The notes beneath the pieces were generated by a model. The model saw only the letters and a program-made list of their open reading frames with translations, was not told the origin of the DNA and did not search any database. DNA of 53,402 nucleotides from Batkoa obscura (Eukaryota), in the NCBI GenBank assembly GCA_030770535.1, contig JASVEC010000110.1:1-53402 (forward strand). Reading direction: 5' to 3'. Positions 37,500 through 49,524 of this stretch are shown piece after piece (position 1 is the stretch's first letter; the number at the start of each line of letters is the position of its first letter). The translations under genes were made by a program, and so were the position numbers.

Positions 37500-38028
37500 A
37501 TATTATGATTCACATATATTGTTTTAGTGCTTTTTCCCATGAACATTGTATTTAATCATTTTGGAAACGTAAGAATATATTAATTTATTGTAATAAGTTC
37601 ATTTAAAAACTATATATCTTACTAAAAGATGAGCATCCCGAATGGACATATTTCTTGTTTTATATTATCTATTTTTGAAAATCAATCAATTATATCATTT
37701 TAATACTTATAATTAATTGTTTCTCATAAGCTAATTGTACAATTCGAATTTAGCAATTCTCCCAAACCTTATGACAATTTCATTTCGTATAAATAGTAAT
37801 AATCAATTAATTATATAATGATTAAAAGTGGTAATTTGATTATTGAATAGTCAGAAATAAATGAATTGTTTAATTGCTTACTAAATATAGTAAGTGAAAT
37901 AATATTTTTATATAATTAATTATTGAACAAAAAATTACTAATAATATCAAAATGTATAAAATATATAAAATATACAACTCTAAATTTAAATTTATAAAAG
38001 TTTTATTTAAAAATATTCAATAAATAGC

Positions 38029-38532
38029 ATGAGCTACCACAGTTTGATTAATTTATTCTTAATTATATCTCTAATAAAACAAGCTATCCCATTCCCACTT
38101 GCCAACGCCAATGTAAATACTCCCTTACTAAACAACCAAAAAATAAATTTCAATCCAGTGTACTATATCCAAAGGCTAGACAAAAGAAATCAAGGATCAG
38201 AAATTTCAGTCAATAAAAATATAGCATTAAGTAATACCACGGATATCACTCCATCAACAATTAATGTACCATTGATTACAGGAATTACCCTTGGATTAAT
38301 AGTATTGGTAGTCCTTGGTTTTATGATCATATTTACCATATACAGAAGGCAATCAAGGATAAAGGAGGAAGCAGATCCTCAAAATGATGATATACCGTTG
38401 ATTCAGGAAAATAAAACAAATATGAATAGTTTTATTAATTTGTATGAAACAAAGGAAAGATATTCTACAATTTTTGGCTACTATCAAGGGGACGAGATCT
38501 CTAAGTTGGAAAAAGCACAAGTAAAAACTTAA
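38029..38532 (+). CDS. Small type I membrane protein
   Basis: Signal peptide, dibasic LDKR (possible Kex2 site), one TM helix (LITGITLGLIVLVVLGFMIIFTIY) followed by RR, short cytosolic tail. Confidence 0.65.
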   Translation: MSYHSLINLFLIISLIKQAIPFPLANANVNTPLLNNQKINFNPVYYIQRLDKRNQGSEISVNKNIALSNTTDITPSTINVPLITGITLGLIVLVVLGFMIIFTIYRRQSRIKEEADPQNDDIPLIQENKTNMNSFINLYETKERYSTIFGYYQGDEISKLEKAQVKT

Positions 38533-38978
38533 TTAATAATATAGTTGCTTTCTGATTAGTTTCTTTCTACTTGCTTACAATTTGACTATTTTTAAGTACT
38601 CCTAAAGCTTCTTTGGTCTTATTATAAGAATCAAGATTAAAACAAGAAAATAATAGCCAACTGTTATTCTTAGGAATAAGAGCTATTCTTTGTATTGATT
38701 TTATTGTTTAGTTGGATCTATCTACCTAATTAGTACTCACATTTCAAAATGCAAGAAATAAATTAATAATTAATCTATCCTTTCGCCCATTTATTGTATC
38801 TACTATACTATCGTTCATCTTGTATTCCTTCGTATTAAACCAGAACTAAAAAGTACTGAAAACTCCTAATAAAAACAGCTAATAAATAAATTTTCAATGG
38901 GAATGCACTATAGGCGAGGGTCTTTTTTTTGTAGCAATTTTTAGACAAGAAAAATTCCAACCAAAAAAAACACTTCCA

Positions 38979-39065
38979 TTTTTTGGTTTTATTGTTTTTT
39001 CCATCTTTTAAGCACTATTTGAGCGAAAAAATTAGCAAAATTCTTAAACACAGAAATACATTCCC
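38979..39065 (+). mobile_element. MITE copy, 5'-truncated
   Basis: Matches the consensus body and right end. Confidence 0.7.
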
Positions 39066-39625
39066 AAATAGTGATCAAATTAAAAGCCTCTTTATCTACT
39101 TTTAACAGACAATCGATATACCCAGATTTTCAACTAAAATGCTATAATAAACATTATCAAGGATTAAAATTCAATATTATTATCAGGATCAATATTAAGG
39201 CTGAATAGTCTAGCCTTAGACTAGGCTCATTTAAGGTCTTCTTATTTATTTATTTATTAGCAACTTTTTCTGAAAATTTATTCGTCATTGAAAATTTTGA
39301 AAGAAGAAAGACCCTGCTCAAAGGTCCATTTCCCCCCTCCCCCAAAAATCTTAGTAGATAGCTAAATCTGAGATTAAATTTTTTCGAAACAGATTCTCCA
39401 CTTTTTAGCCGAAAATCTGTTGACCAATAGGGATAAAAATTAACAGATTGAAGAACTAAAATGATTGGAAATAAAAAATAAAGGACAAATCAAATTGTTG
39501 AATGAAGAAAATTTCAATTTAATAATCCAAAAAACTCATATTATTTTTTTAATTACTTACTATTTAATAAAACTATTAATAATAATAATCATTTTTAATA
39601 TTATAACTGCTTACTAGTTAGAAAA

Positions 39626-40750
39626 ATGAAATTGAAATATAGAAGGATTAAACCTGCTATTTATCATTTAAACAAAATACGAAGCAATTCAACATTGTCC
39701 ACCATTGACAAGGCATATTTTACTTTATCCCCATTTTATAAAGCAAGCAGGAATCCGATAGTTCTATGTCATGGTAAGTAGGTATAAAAAATATGTTAAG
39801 TTATTAACCCAGATTTTAGGCCTATATGGTTATGATAAAATAGCATTTGAAAATTTCCCTTATTTACAAATTAATTATTGGCAAGGGATCGCAGAATCAC
39901 TAAAACAGTTAGGGAATGAAGTTATCATTGCAAAGGTACCAAGGTAATTAACAATTTGATTTAATATTACTATTATAAATAGTTTTATTTATTAATCAAG
40001 TTTAGAACGGGGAGTATTGAGGAGAGAACGAACCAATTAAATTTATTTTTAGAAAGGGTAGTGTCCGATAGAGAAGTTAATATTATTGGGCACAGTATGG
40101 GTGGGTTAGATGGTAGATATTTGATAAGTAAAGTAAAGAACAAAAAATATAAAGTATTGAGTTTGAGTACAATATCTACCCCACATTATGGATCTCAATT
40201 TATGGATTGGTGTCAAGAAAACTTAAATTTAGGGAGAAAGAAGAAAGAAAATGAAAACCCAATCTATACGGACATAAATACAAACCGGCCTTTACTTAAT
40301 AAATTACTGGTTAACCTGGATGCCCCCGCTTACTATCATTTAACTACTGATTACTGTAAAAACATTTTTAATCCTAATACCCCGAACTGTAATGATGTGA
40401 AATATTTTTCATACAACGCTTATATTGAAAAAATGAATAAATTCGCTTTACTATATTTACCATGGAGCATTATCAAAGAAAGAGCCGGAAAGAATGATGG
40501 TATAGTGGCACTCAACTCTTCAGTATGGGGTGAGCATGTAGAAACAGTGGAAGCTAGCCACTTTGACTTGGTATCAAGATATCGTTGGATTTATGCTTTT
40601 TTATCACTTTTGGGTTTCCAGGATCCAAGATATCATCATAATCCAAAACTTCCTTTGCCTAAGTCTTTGTTTTTAAACCCTAGTCCAAATTTAGACACCA
40701 TTGAGTTTTATTTGAGAATTTCTAATTTTTTGTATTCGAAAGGGTTTTAA
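39626..40750 (+). CDS. Alpha/beta-hydrolase triacylglycerol lipase, Tgl2-like (introns 39774-39819, 39944-40005)
   Basis: PIVLCHGLYG, YWQGI, GHSMGGLDGRY nucleophile elbow, STPHYGS, NDGIV, SHFDL; basic N-terminus resembling a mitochondrial presequence. Confidence 0.88.
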
Positions 40751-43570
40751 ACATTAGCTTGTTTGATATTCCCCTTTCTTTTGTTTGCTTTAGTATAAAA
40801 AGTCTACCTTTTATAATAGATTATATGTTTCTTTTACTTTTTAAATACAGTCTATTTACTGGTAGTACTAACGAAAATAAAATCTAAATCATAATAAAGC
40901 CTTATTATATCAAATTTAGTTAAAAAATATGCTGACCTATTTTTAAACTAGCATTAACTTGAGCAGCAGCATAGACCTCCGATTACCTACCATGTATGTA
41001 TGTTTTTGTATTAGTAAATGCACATCCTTAACATACCAATGCATCAACTACGAAATATGACTATATAGTAGTTAACCTATACTTATTAATTTAAAGGCAC
41101 ACAATACACCAATCGGGGAAAAATTCAATAATGGTAGAAGTCATAATTATTTTAATGGATTGAGGATTGTTTAGAGCATTAATGTAAAGTTCCAAAAACA
41201 AAACTAATAATGACCAAATGAGTAAACTCCATTTTGTTTCAACTAATAAGGTTTATATAACCAAGTTTTAAAGTTAATGAATAATTATAATCTTTATATA
41301 GTAAAAAACACTTGAAGAAATTATTAATCTATATTGGCTTAAAAGCTATTGCTTTGAGATTTACTATTGGATGTACAGAGTCACATAGCTACAATATGCT
41401 ATTTATAACTTTACGATTTAAAGAAGCCTTACTCAACATACTAGCATAAAGAAGGATCGCGGCCTAATAGCTAAGGGATTTGGTACGGATCAAGCGAGTC
41501 CTAGAGGAACCATTTTCAATTCTTTTTCCATGCTACTAGAAATATGGTTTAAAAAAACTATGCACTCTGTAATATTTTAGTTGGGTTCAATCATTTTAGA
41601 AAGAATGTTAAATATTAAATTTTGATACTTGTGTTAATTGAATTCACATTTTTAAGAAGGAAGATTAAATTTCGAATTTTCTACTTCAAGAAAATACTTG
41701 AAAAATACTTGTCTAAAGAGCGTTTACCAGTTCAAAGTATCAGGCACATACTGTCTAAAAAAACAAGTAAATAACAGTTAAAAAATATTAGATTATTAGC
41801 AGTTGAAGGAATAATTCGACCAAAAAAACTTTCAGCAAGACTATTTTCCCCCTTTTGGGATAGCCCTTTATAAAAATAAAGTTTTTAGCGAATTTAGATT
41901 AATATATTACATAATATAAGTGAATGGACTATTATAAGCTGGAAAACTAAAATTATAGCTTTTTACAAATTTACAAAGTATTTCTAAGATTCTGGGCTGA
42001 TTCTCTGGTATGTTATGCTATCCATCCTTTCAGGTATACTTTATTAAATTCTACAAAAATAATTCGGTCCAATTCTGAATTTGTAAAATGGACGCAGTTC
42101 TCTAATATATATAGACTATTATTAATAAAATTAATTGTTTTAATAACGGCATTCAAATTTGAATTTTTTTAAAATCGCCAATTTACAGAATTAAGTTTTT
42201 GTCAAATTTAGTCTAAATAATAATTTTTAAAACAGTTTACCGCAATTCATAAAAGTTGAATAATTACAATATAGTGTGTGTAGTCAAAAATATATAACCT
42301 CATCATGATTTTTAGTTATAGTATAAATAGAGGACAAGCTAGAATATTTAACTAGATGACAACAACTATGATTGGTTTTAATTTTATAAAAAAAGCCAGA
42401 CTTAATATAAATGCCCATAATTGTTCTGGAAATGTTCAATATAGTAAACTTCTCATTTTAGAGAGCTTTTGTTTAATAATAAGGTCTTAGTGTTGTTTAT
42501 GTAGTTTTAAAAATGAGGTTGAAGTTTCTTCTTTATTGAATTAATGGTAAGTCAAGGTTAATTTATTATGATTCAAATAAGATCGATCCTTTATTAACGC
42601 TTGCTTATAAAGTACTTTAACATCTCGGATTTAAATCCGATTCCTATTTTGATAATTTTTTAAAACAAATTTAATTTTTAACTTTTAATTTTTTAAAATA
42701 GCGGATTTATATTACACATAGTAGTTTACTTATTAATAATATATATTAATATCTGTTTTTAAAATTTTGGTTTTAATCTAAAGATTATTATTTTAATGAC
42801 TATATTTTATTCTTTAAAGCTAATAACACACATCCCCATTAAATCAATCTGATTGCTTCAAAGCACCGAGTAAAAACAAATTTCATTTAAATTTGTAATT
42901 TTTAGCTATTAATTTAGGTCATAAAATCATAAAATCATAATAAATAAAAATATATTAAAGTTAATCAATTTTTATTTGAGAAAATCCGCACCTCGTTTTA
43001 TATCACTCTAATTTTATTGAATTCCCCTATTTACTTTATTACCCTGTTGCGCCTAACTTATTGTATTGAAACTTGCACTAAAACTCTACTGCTTTTTTAG
43101 AATATACATAACAGTGGCTTGATACACAATAAAATGAAATGTAATACAAAGATAAAAGTAAGTTGAAGTAGCATACTATATAGATATTTCTTTGACAATA
43201 CTAAAAATTTGTTTTTGGTTTCGCGTCTGGTCCCACTCCCGCTCAGGTCTGTCTATCCAAATATAAATACTTTTTGGCTAAAGAATTTTCCTTTATTCAA
43301 ATTTAAATAGCATAAATGGATTATATATAAGAAACTTTCGATCTCTCTATAATTTATGAGAACTTACATCTTATTTTCTTTTAATTTGTAGTTAGCTCCC
43401 TTTACTGACCTTAACAAACACTATTTAGATACGTAAAGTCTAAGCGTTTTGATACAGTGTCATTTGAATCATTTTCATAAAGAAAGAGATTAGTTTATTT
43501 AATATTACACCAAAATGAAAGTTATAGAGCTTTTATAATAATAGAGTACTATTGGATATAAAATACAAAT

Positions 43571-43667
43571 GAGGATGTATTTTTTATTTGAGGATTTTAC
43601 TGATAGTCTTTGCACTCGAATAATGCTTAAGATATGGAAAAAGTGATGAAGTCAAGAAAAATATCCC
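43571..43667 (-). mobile_element. ~99-bp MITE copy (diverged)
   Basis: Reverse match to consensus. Confidence 0.7.
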
Positions 43668-43769
43668 TAAACATTAAAGCTGAGTACTATACAAAATTTT
43701 ATTTTTTATAAAAAAAATGCAATAATTTAAATGCAATATATAATAAAAATACAGCCAAATCTAATCTGA

Positions 43770-44609
43770 TTATTCTTCGATTATAGTAGTAGGCGAATAA
43801 ATCAGATTATCCCTCATAATGATATTAGCGATTTCTCTTGACCTTTGACATCTTTTCGATTTTAAGTGGCGGTTATAAATATCCGCTCTATAAAAGCTTT
43901 TATTACAGGCATGGCAAACATAAGGGCGTTGAGAAGTATGGGTGAATAGATGTCTTTTAAGGGAATTTTTACGCGAAAACGAAGCCTTACATTCCAGACA
44001 ATTAAATCGATCATTAGGATCATGACATGATTGAATTAAAGTTTGATTTACAGCCTTTTGATAGTGGCCATTTAACAAGCTAAGTTGAATATGGCTTTGA
44101 TTTAAACTTGTTAAATTTGAGTTGGTCTCAAAATTAGGAGAACTAGTTTTTAATAAGCGAGAGTTATCATGAAATGGATTAAACATGGTCGTTTCTACCA
44201 CCGAAAAACTACGGTTCCTTCTTCCTCCTCGTTGAGTTAAAAGATTTTTATTTAAAGAAGATTCATTCATCAATGAATTGTAGGGTTTAAACGTAGATGG
44301 AATCGATATAGAATTTTGACTCGATTTAGGAGATACTGGTGAGCTTTTAGCTAAACTTATTGGGGTGTTTAAATAATATTCAGATACAGAACCACGTCTG
44401 CGCTGTGGTACTCCACTAGGGATCGTTGGTCCAACAATATCCTTTAAAGAAGGTAATTTTGTATGATAGGGTGAAGAGTATGGAGGGGTATTAGAAATAG
44501 GGGAGTTTGGTGGTAATAGGCCATTAGAAACAACGGGCAATTTCAGGTAATTGTTAGTAGCTGGTTCAGCAGATGTGTTTAAACCTAACTCTGTATTATG
44601 GAGTGACAT
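43770..44609 (-). CDS. Zinc-finger transcription factor (C2H2 plus C2HC finger)
   Basis: FNCLECKASFSRKNSLKRHLFTH-TSQRPY-VCHACNKSFYRADIYNRHLKSKRC; Ser/Pro-rich N-terminus with LPSL and RRxS motifs. Confidence 0.88.
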   Translation of the reverse strand: MSLHNTELGLNTSAEPATNNYLKLPVVSNGLLPPNSPISNTPPYSSPYHTKLPSLKDIVGPTIPSGVPQRRRGSVSEYYLNTPISLAKSSPVSPKSSQNSISIPSTFKPYNSLMNESSLNKNLLTQRGGRRNRSFSVVETTMFNPFHDNSRLLKTSSPNFETNSNLTSLNQSHIQLSLLNGHYQKAVNQTLIQSCHDPNDRFNCLECKASFSRKNSLKRHLFTHTSQRPYVCHACNKSFYRADIYNRHLKSKRCQRSREIANIIMRDNLIYSPTTIIEE

Positions 44610-46494
44610 TTATTTTCAGACAAAAATTAGTTTTAAAAAATTAAAATAAAAATTGTCTGGACTTGAGTAATTTATAGTATTTTATAGTGGCTTAAGTTTA
44701 AAATAGCTATTAATTTTGAAATTGTGGTTGAAGTTATGCAAGTTATCCTACACCTTTTAACTTCAAGTGCATGATAATTACCCCTTAGCTTTTTCAACTT
44801 CAAGTTTACAATTCTTTGAAAATCTAAATTTATAAATTTATGCCTTCAAATTCTGTACGTTGATTGGTGTAAATAAAGAGTAAAAGCTAAATTCAATCCC
44901 TTTTGACTGAAAATGATAAAGAGAATAAAATTGTGGTTCATACATTGGAGAGAAATAAGAAAGCTAAAAAAGACTTGTAATAAAAAGTGTGTAAAAAAGT
45001 TAAATCAATTTCACCTTATGATGACGCATTATAGTTTCGTTTCAAAGAAATGAGATAAGCCATTACTTAAAATAATAGTTTATGGAGGTAAAACCAGCTG
45101 TATTAGTAAATAATTTGTATTAAATCAAGTTAGACCTTATATTGAAAGCCTCATAGCAGATAGAACTAAGAACCACTAATTGAGATCATTTTTCAGGAGA
45201 ATAATACAGGAAAGGAAAATAGGGATTTAAAAAAACAAATTTAACTTCAACTTAAGTCATACTAAATATAAAATAAATAAATAAAATAAGGACTCATAAG
45301 AGTAATATTTAATGAAATCGTTATTCATATAATGATAACATTTTCTTTTTAAATTTAAAGACTTAAAATATAACAATAAAACAGATTTTAAAGTGACTAA
45401 GTGAGTATATTTTAATGTAATTTTAATTTATTATTACTATTTATAGTAGATCGTAAATTACTACATTCTAGCTTTTTTTTATTAACTTAACGTTTTTTTA
45501 TTATTAATTATCCCAGGTACTAAAAAATGAAGTATCGTTGTAAGCTTATATATTGATAATAAAACTTAAACAATGATAATAAACTTTAATTCGTGCAGTT
45601 TTGTATATTTAAAATTAACCTTATTATGGTGAAAAAACTTTAATGGTATTTTCGTATTAAAAAATAATTTATGACCATTATTTCAATTGCTGTTGTTTAT
45701 TTGAAGAACAATGACTAAAACTATGCTACATAATGTTTGCTAAATTGTATAAAAGATATTAGTTATACATCATAGGCCATTAGTTGAGAATAGTATAAAA
45801 AAACTCGTACATTTGAAATCATTTTATTTACCATTTATTAATATAATAGTTGGTAATATTAATAATATTAGCTATACCAATCAATTTGAGAATAAAAACT
45901 ATGTTATGCCGAGTTGATAGTAAATACTCATTGTTTATAAAAAATTATGTATGTTTCCTGAAACATCTTTGATTAATTTAGCTAAAATAATTGACATAGT
46001 TGAGAATTGTATAAAAATTTACACATTTTAACTTCATTTATTATTTTTCATTATTTTACTAGTGTTATAGCCTATTAGATGGTTGAGAATAAAATTCACT
46101 TTATGCTAAGGTAATGATAAATGAATAAGACATATTAATATTGAACCTAAGTTTTTGTGAAATTTATTAAATAGTATCGATAGAACAATGTAAAATATTC
46201 AATGTATATTATATTTGGTACTTTATTAACTTAATGCACTGTATTTGAGTTTAAATATCATCTTAAAAGGTATATAAACAGCTGAATGTCTTAACAAGCA
46301 TTTTTGCCAAGTTTTATATAGTTTTAATAATTGCTTTATAAGTTCTATTCTTAAAGCTATTTATATCAAAATGTTGTTGCAGTTCAAAAATAATATTAAG
46401 TCTACTTATATTTGCTTTAATATAAAATTCAAAAGCTGTAGGGCAAGCATAAGCGCTTGACAAACCCAGCACTAAAAGTGGTATTAATAATTAT

Positions 46495-47370
46495 TCATTT
46501 TAATTGTAATTCTAAATTTTCTTTTTTCATAGTTTTTTGAATCCATGGAAGGTAGCTTCTGACTTTAGCATAAGTACCAGGAACACCAGGTTCTGCGCAT
46601 TTTATCCCATTGGAAACAACACCTACAATTGAATATTGCCCATCTTCGTCTGACTTCATTAAGGGACCACCAGAATCTCCTTGACACGCATCTTTTCCTC
46701 CTTCTTTAGTACCAGCGCATATAGAAAACTTCTCGTCCAAAGAAGGCCATGTTTTTTTACATGTTTTCGTATCAATAATTTTAAGACTAACCTTTAACAA
46801 GGAATTTGACATTTGACCTTCAAACTTAGTATGTCCCCAACCAGCAACGATGAAAGATTCATCTTTATAATTCTCTTCAATATCGCTAATTTTTGGTACA
46901 ATTTTTCCATCTTTAACTTCTTCTTTTAATATAAAAATACCAATATCATCTAATAATTCAATTCCCTTTTCGCTATAATTCCCATGTTTGATTGTTTTCA
47001 AAACTTTATATTCTTCTCCATCAACCCCATCCAGATCATTTTTTCCATACCCAATGTACAAATCTTCCATTCCATACTTATCCGATATACAATGTGCTGC
47101 TGTCAAGACTACTTTCTCATGAATCAAAGTACCACCACACATATGTCCACTATATTGATTTCCAATTGATACTAGCCATGGAAATTCACTTTTGTTTGCT
47201 TTTACTCCTCCCACTATTCTACCATCTGATGTGTTTGGATTATCAGTTAGACTCTGCTGAATTGTTTCAAGACTTGGCTTAACCTTTGCGTACCCTCTTG
47301 GGTCAACTCGATTTAGTTTACTTAGACATCTGGTAGCTAAAGCACTTGCAATTATCTTTATTAGCCGCAT
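46495..47370 (-). CDS. Secreted trypsin-like serine protease (family S1)
   Basis: Signal/propeptide, R-IVGG activation site, TAAHC, DDIG, DACQGDSGGP (Asp in the S1 pocket). Confidence 0.95.
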   Translation of the reverse strand: MRLIKIIASALATRCLSKLNRVDPRGYAKVKPSLETIQQSLTDNPNTSDGRIVGGVKANKSEFPWLVSIGNQYSGHMCGGTLIHEKVVLTAAHCISDKYGMEDLYIGYGKNDLDGVDGEEYKVLKTIKHGNYSEKGIELLDDIGIFILKEEVKDGKIVPKISDIEENYKDESFIVAGWGHTKFEGQMSNSLLKVSLKIIDTKTCKKTWPSLDEKFSICAGTKEGGKDACQGDSGGPLMKSDEDGQYSIVGVVSNGIKCAEPGVPGTYAKVRSYLPWIQKTMKKENLELQLK

Positions 47371-47792
47371 AAAAGAAAAGTAAATCCTTTTTGTTTCTTT
47401 TAGTTTAATTTATTATGTTACTACATAATTCTTTTAATTTATTAATTCTTTTAAATTTTTACCATTTTTATAATTTTTGTGCTTTTTAATTTAGTTTCCA
47501 AACATTGTAAACAAGCTGGTAGATTAACTGAGTGAGTATGAATAAAATAGCAAAACCAATTAACTTTATGTTTCACCCTTATATTTTTCTCATTATTCTA
47601 CTCTATTTTTTGTTCTACCTTAAATATGAATGTTTTGAGCAAAAAGCATTTTTAATAAAAGGGGCATAAGCAAGAATAAGAATCCTTTACTAAAATCGCT
47701 TCCAGTCTAAATACTTCATTTGATTCCAGTAACCTTTTGTTTAAAACTATATTCGTCCTTTAGTATAATTAATAAGTGCTCCTCCAACATAT

Positions 47793-47832
47793 GGGGCATT
47801 TTTTTCGGTTTTCATCACTTTTCCCATTTTTT
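47793..47832 (+). mobile_element. MITE fragment (left end only)
   Basis: ATAT-GGGGCATTTTTTTCGGTTTTCATCACTTTTCCCATTTT. Confidence 0.55.
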
Positions 47833-48206
47833 AACTAAATAAGAATAAAAATAATTTTTTTATAAAATACGTGCTTATGTTGGGTTTATTAACCTAAGTA
47901 AAGTTTTTCAATTTGACACATATTAAAAATTATAGAAATGTAGCAGTATGTTAATGAAAACTGTATAATGAATTGACATTGTTATTGAAAGATTAAGTTA
48001 AAATTAAAACTATTAAATTTATCACTTTTTCGTATATCAAAAACAAAAAAATTTCAATAAATTAATATAATAGAATATAAACTTTACACTTTATTGTAAA
48101 AACATACGTAGTAGAAAAACTCAATTAAGAAACTCTAGTACTTCAACTTATGTAAAGTTTTTAATATAAATATGCATACAGTGGTATATGTTTGCATGAA
48201 GTTTAT

Positions 48207-48303
48207 GGGGATGTATTTTTGTGTTTAAGGATTTTACTAATAACTTTTCTGCTCAAATGGCGCTTAAAAGGTGGAAAAAGTAATGAAACCAAAAAACATC
48301 CCC
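48207..48303 (-). mobile_element. ~99-bp MITE copy
   Basis: Reverse match to consensus. Confidence 0.87.
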
Positions 48304-49036
48304 ATTTATTAATAAATATCTAAACAATCATATTTCAAATAGGTTATCAAGTTTAATATGATATGAAACTTAACTAATATTTAGCTTTTTTACACAATTT
48401 GTTAAGTACTATTGACAATTAGAATCGTTTTCTACTTTAACTATTTTATATTAGACTAAAGATTTTAATTAAGTATTGATGTTAATACTAATTTACTCAA
48501 TCTCTTAATTTAATTACATAAACCTAGATCCAAACTTTATGATTTTTTTATGGTCAAATATCACTATTATAATTTTATATTAATATCTGGTATTATACTG
48601 AATTTACTTTAAAGCTATCATACTTTCATGAAAAATAATTCACTAAACAAAGCCATAAAGAAATGGCAGCCTTTATATAAGCATGTTAAATGTATTGAAT
48701 ACTATCCAGCTAATTTTGTTAAATCGGACATTTAAAAAAAGGTCAAAAAGCTATAATATATCAAATCTTGATATAGGGTTTTGATCCAATATTTAATACA
48801 AAGAAGACAATATTACGAATCAATACTAAGAATATTTATACTCCATTTATGACGGAATTTTTTAATTTGATTTATCTTCAGTTAACCATGAATATTGTTA
48901 AATTGTATAATATTAGGGAATGATCTAAGTACTATAAGGAAGTTTTATCCAAAATCAGACCTTCGGCTTATTTTTAATATTTTTTTAAAAGTGCTTAAAT
49001 GATTTCTAGCACTACACGATTCAAAAAACATTATAT

Positions 49037-49135
49037 GGGAATGTATTTTTGTATTCAAGAATTTTACTAACAATTTTTCCACTCAAATAGTGCTTAAAAG
49101 ATGTAAAAAATGCTGAAACTAAAAAAAACATCCCC
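49037..49135 (-). mobile_element. ~99-bp MITE copy
   Basis: Reverse match to consensus. Confidence 0.85.
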
Positions 49136-49524
49136 ATGTAAATATTTTTTGGCTATATCATAAAGATATCTCAGTATTTTAATATTAATTGTATAGTTTA
49201 TATCAAATTTGTGTAAAAAATTACTATATGTCAAAATCTTAATAATGAGTTTTTTAAAACTAAAGTTATCTTATTGTATTCGTTTATACAATAAATAAAT
49301 AGCATGAATTATTAATAGAATGATCGAAGCTAAAATAAATTGAAAGTAAATAAAAACTAGATTACTAATATAAATTTCTAACTTATGTAAATCAAATTTA
49401 GTGTGACAATTCATTGTAAATAAATTCAAACATAAAAAAATTTCTAATTGTAATCATACAAGTATATAAAGGGAATGAATTCAGTTTTCAACTTGAATAG
49501 TTAAATGTTATTTTAAACATAGAA

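Noticed and set aside
42625..42640. Perfect 16-bp palindrome TCGGATTTAAATCCGA
   Set aside because: Single short instance with no supporting context.
45781..46125. Diverged ~215-bp direct duplication downstream of the trypsin gene
   Set aside because: Low identity in AT-rich DNA, with no defined ends or coding content.
638..49135. Dispersed repeat read as a CRISPR array or tRNA-derived SINE
   Set aside because: Eukaryotic context, no repeat-spacer periodicity, no A/B boxes or poly(A) tail; TIRs and TSDs fit a MITE.
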